Shown here one piece after another: positions 62,310-64,000 of a stretch of 64,000 bases of DNA. The stretch's first letter is position 1, and every line of letters starts with the position of its first letter. The notes beneath the pieces are model-generated. The model was not told where the DNA came from. It saw only the letters and a list, made by a program, of their open reading frames with translations, and did no database searches. A program made the translations under genes and the position numbers. The stretch lies in NCBI GenBank assembly GCA_964016885.1, contig OZ024741.1:192138001-192202000 (forward strand), in the 5' to 3' direction. Origin of the DNA: Eledone cirrhosa. Taxonomy: Eukaryota.

Positions 62310-63060
62310 CAGGGTTACTCAGTTCTTTGAGGGCATTTGCATGAATTTAGTGAAAGACTCATAAGTTATGAAAGAAGTGTTTTATTTGAGAAAACATTCA
62401 CAGGAATAATCTTAAGACTCTTTGTGGCACATCTACTCAGTGATTTTATCGTATTATGGTGGTGTTGATTGGCTTCTGTCTTGACTAAGTCCCATACGTA
62501 ATAGTTAGGTCTGGAGAGCTAGGAGGCCATATGTTTGGGGTGATGTGATTGTGGAGATTGTAACTCTTCCATTCTTGGCTCATCTAGGTCTTCTCAGACA
62601 ATGCAGAGTCTTCCATTACTCCCCTTCTCTGTCAAAAGGAAGAAGTGAGCAGCCATAACATCTCCCTCATTGCTCTTGACTTACAGATCCATCATAGTTG
62701 CCGGAAACTTTGTGTGCATGACCGTTGAAATGTCTTTATGGTCTCTGTGTAACCATCTGTCATTCCTTTGGTTGATCTTTTGAACTTGACCAAAGAGTCT
62801 CTCATCAGAAAAAAATCCAAAGCATTCCAGGTTCTTGATGTTTCAATTTGTTCAACAAGATCATTGTGTGGATCTTTTGCCTTTGTGAACATGAATTGGT
62901 TTCTTGGCATCATATATGACTTGTATCGAATATGATCATGCACAATTCTTCCAATTGCTTGCCTTGAAACCTTGAACTCCTTAGCAATAATGCTAATTAA
63001 TTTTTGGAGTTCTTACCAATAATTTTCTGCACTTTTCATACAAATTTAGATGTCCTGATG
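62310..63060 (-). pseudogene. Tc1/mariner (maT/DD37D-like) transposase remnant
   Basis: HDHIRYKSY, FFSDE..F, VMHTKFPATM, SNEGDVM, HITPNIWPPSSPDL..YYVW across frameshifts. Confidence 0.78.
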
Positions 63061-63611
63061 CACCCTTAGCAGGTGTTTTACATTTGGCTACAGTATGACC
63101 ACCTTACAGGATGGACTGGGTGCTTTATGATATATATATATTAGGAAGAGTTGGGCCCCAGCGCTTTCTTATATAGTAACACTCTACTATCCCAAGTATT
63201 GAGTACTCTGTTGAATAATGATCTAACTAGTTTAAAACTGGTTTAATCCTGATATATGTACACACACACACCATCATCATTTAACATTTGTTTTCCTTGC
63301 TAGCAAGAGTTGGACAGGTCATCACAGACCAGGTCAATACTTAATTGGAGATACTGATCTCTCATCTATATCTGTGTATATACTTCACTGACATACTTCA
63401 CTACTGGATAGACTACATAGCCACTGGCATATCACAATGATTGCATAATAACTGCACCTGTGATTGCATAAGCATCTGATGAAATCACACGAATAACCAT
63501 GTAACAGAAATATATATAATACAATAAACATTAATGGTGAATTAGTCCTGTTTTAACTACTATTATTTGATTTTGATATAATATATTTTGATATAATATA
63601 TTTGATATAAT

Positions 63612-64000
63612 ATATTCTGTTACCTGGGTGATGAAATCTGCAGTGGAGGAGGGTGTTCTGAAAGTACAGTAGCCAGAGTTAGAACGGGATGGTAAAAGTT
63701 CAGAGAGCTAATACCACTGTTGGCCACAAAGGGTTTTTCTCTAAAAACGAAAGGCAGATTGTACAATGCTTGTATATGAACAGCAATATTACATGGTAAT
63801 GAGACCTGGACATTGTGTGCTGGAGACTTGCGCAGATTGGAAAGAAACAAAGCTTGCATGCTCCGGTGGATGCGTAATAGTAATGTTCGCGAACAGCAAA
63901 GCATAAACAAATTGACAGAGAGACTAAGCATAAAAGGTATCAAATGTGTGCAGGAGAGGAGATTGCATTGGTATGGACATGTGATGCGTATGAAGGACAA
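63612..64000 (+). mobile_element. RTE LINE 3' fragment (runs off the window)
   Basis: Closely matches 55354-55740 (FCYLG..LHGNETW..MLRWM..WYGHVMRM). Confidence 0.88.

Overview
AT-rich, microsatellite-dense animal genomic DNA. The SINE and RTE families suggest an octopod cephalopod (inference). About 43 kb of nested transposons lies upstream of the 5' end of BBS1 (+ strand): a candidate ATG micro-exon at 43585-43589 and a clear exon at 52063-52232, with TE-filled introns. Elements present: a Neptune-type Penelope split by a 16.9-kb Buster hAT (8-bp TSD) that holds a TRIM, an LTR carrying rearranged CRE pieces, a second hAT and a Naiad-type Penelope; two Gypsy elements; RTE LINEs; Helitrons; Tigger, pogo and maT remnants; tRNA-SINEs. 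The most notable signal is more than 15 intact or decayed type I hammerhead ribozyme motifs. Many lie in fold-back palindromes next to (TA)n tracts, and two lie in non-coding, terminally redundant ~477-nt and ~524-nt units resembling retrozymes. One of these ribozymes is in sense orientation in BBS1 intron 1. All calls were made by eye, without database searches.
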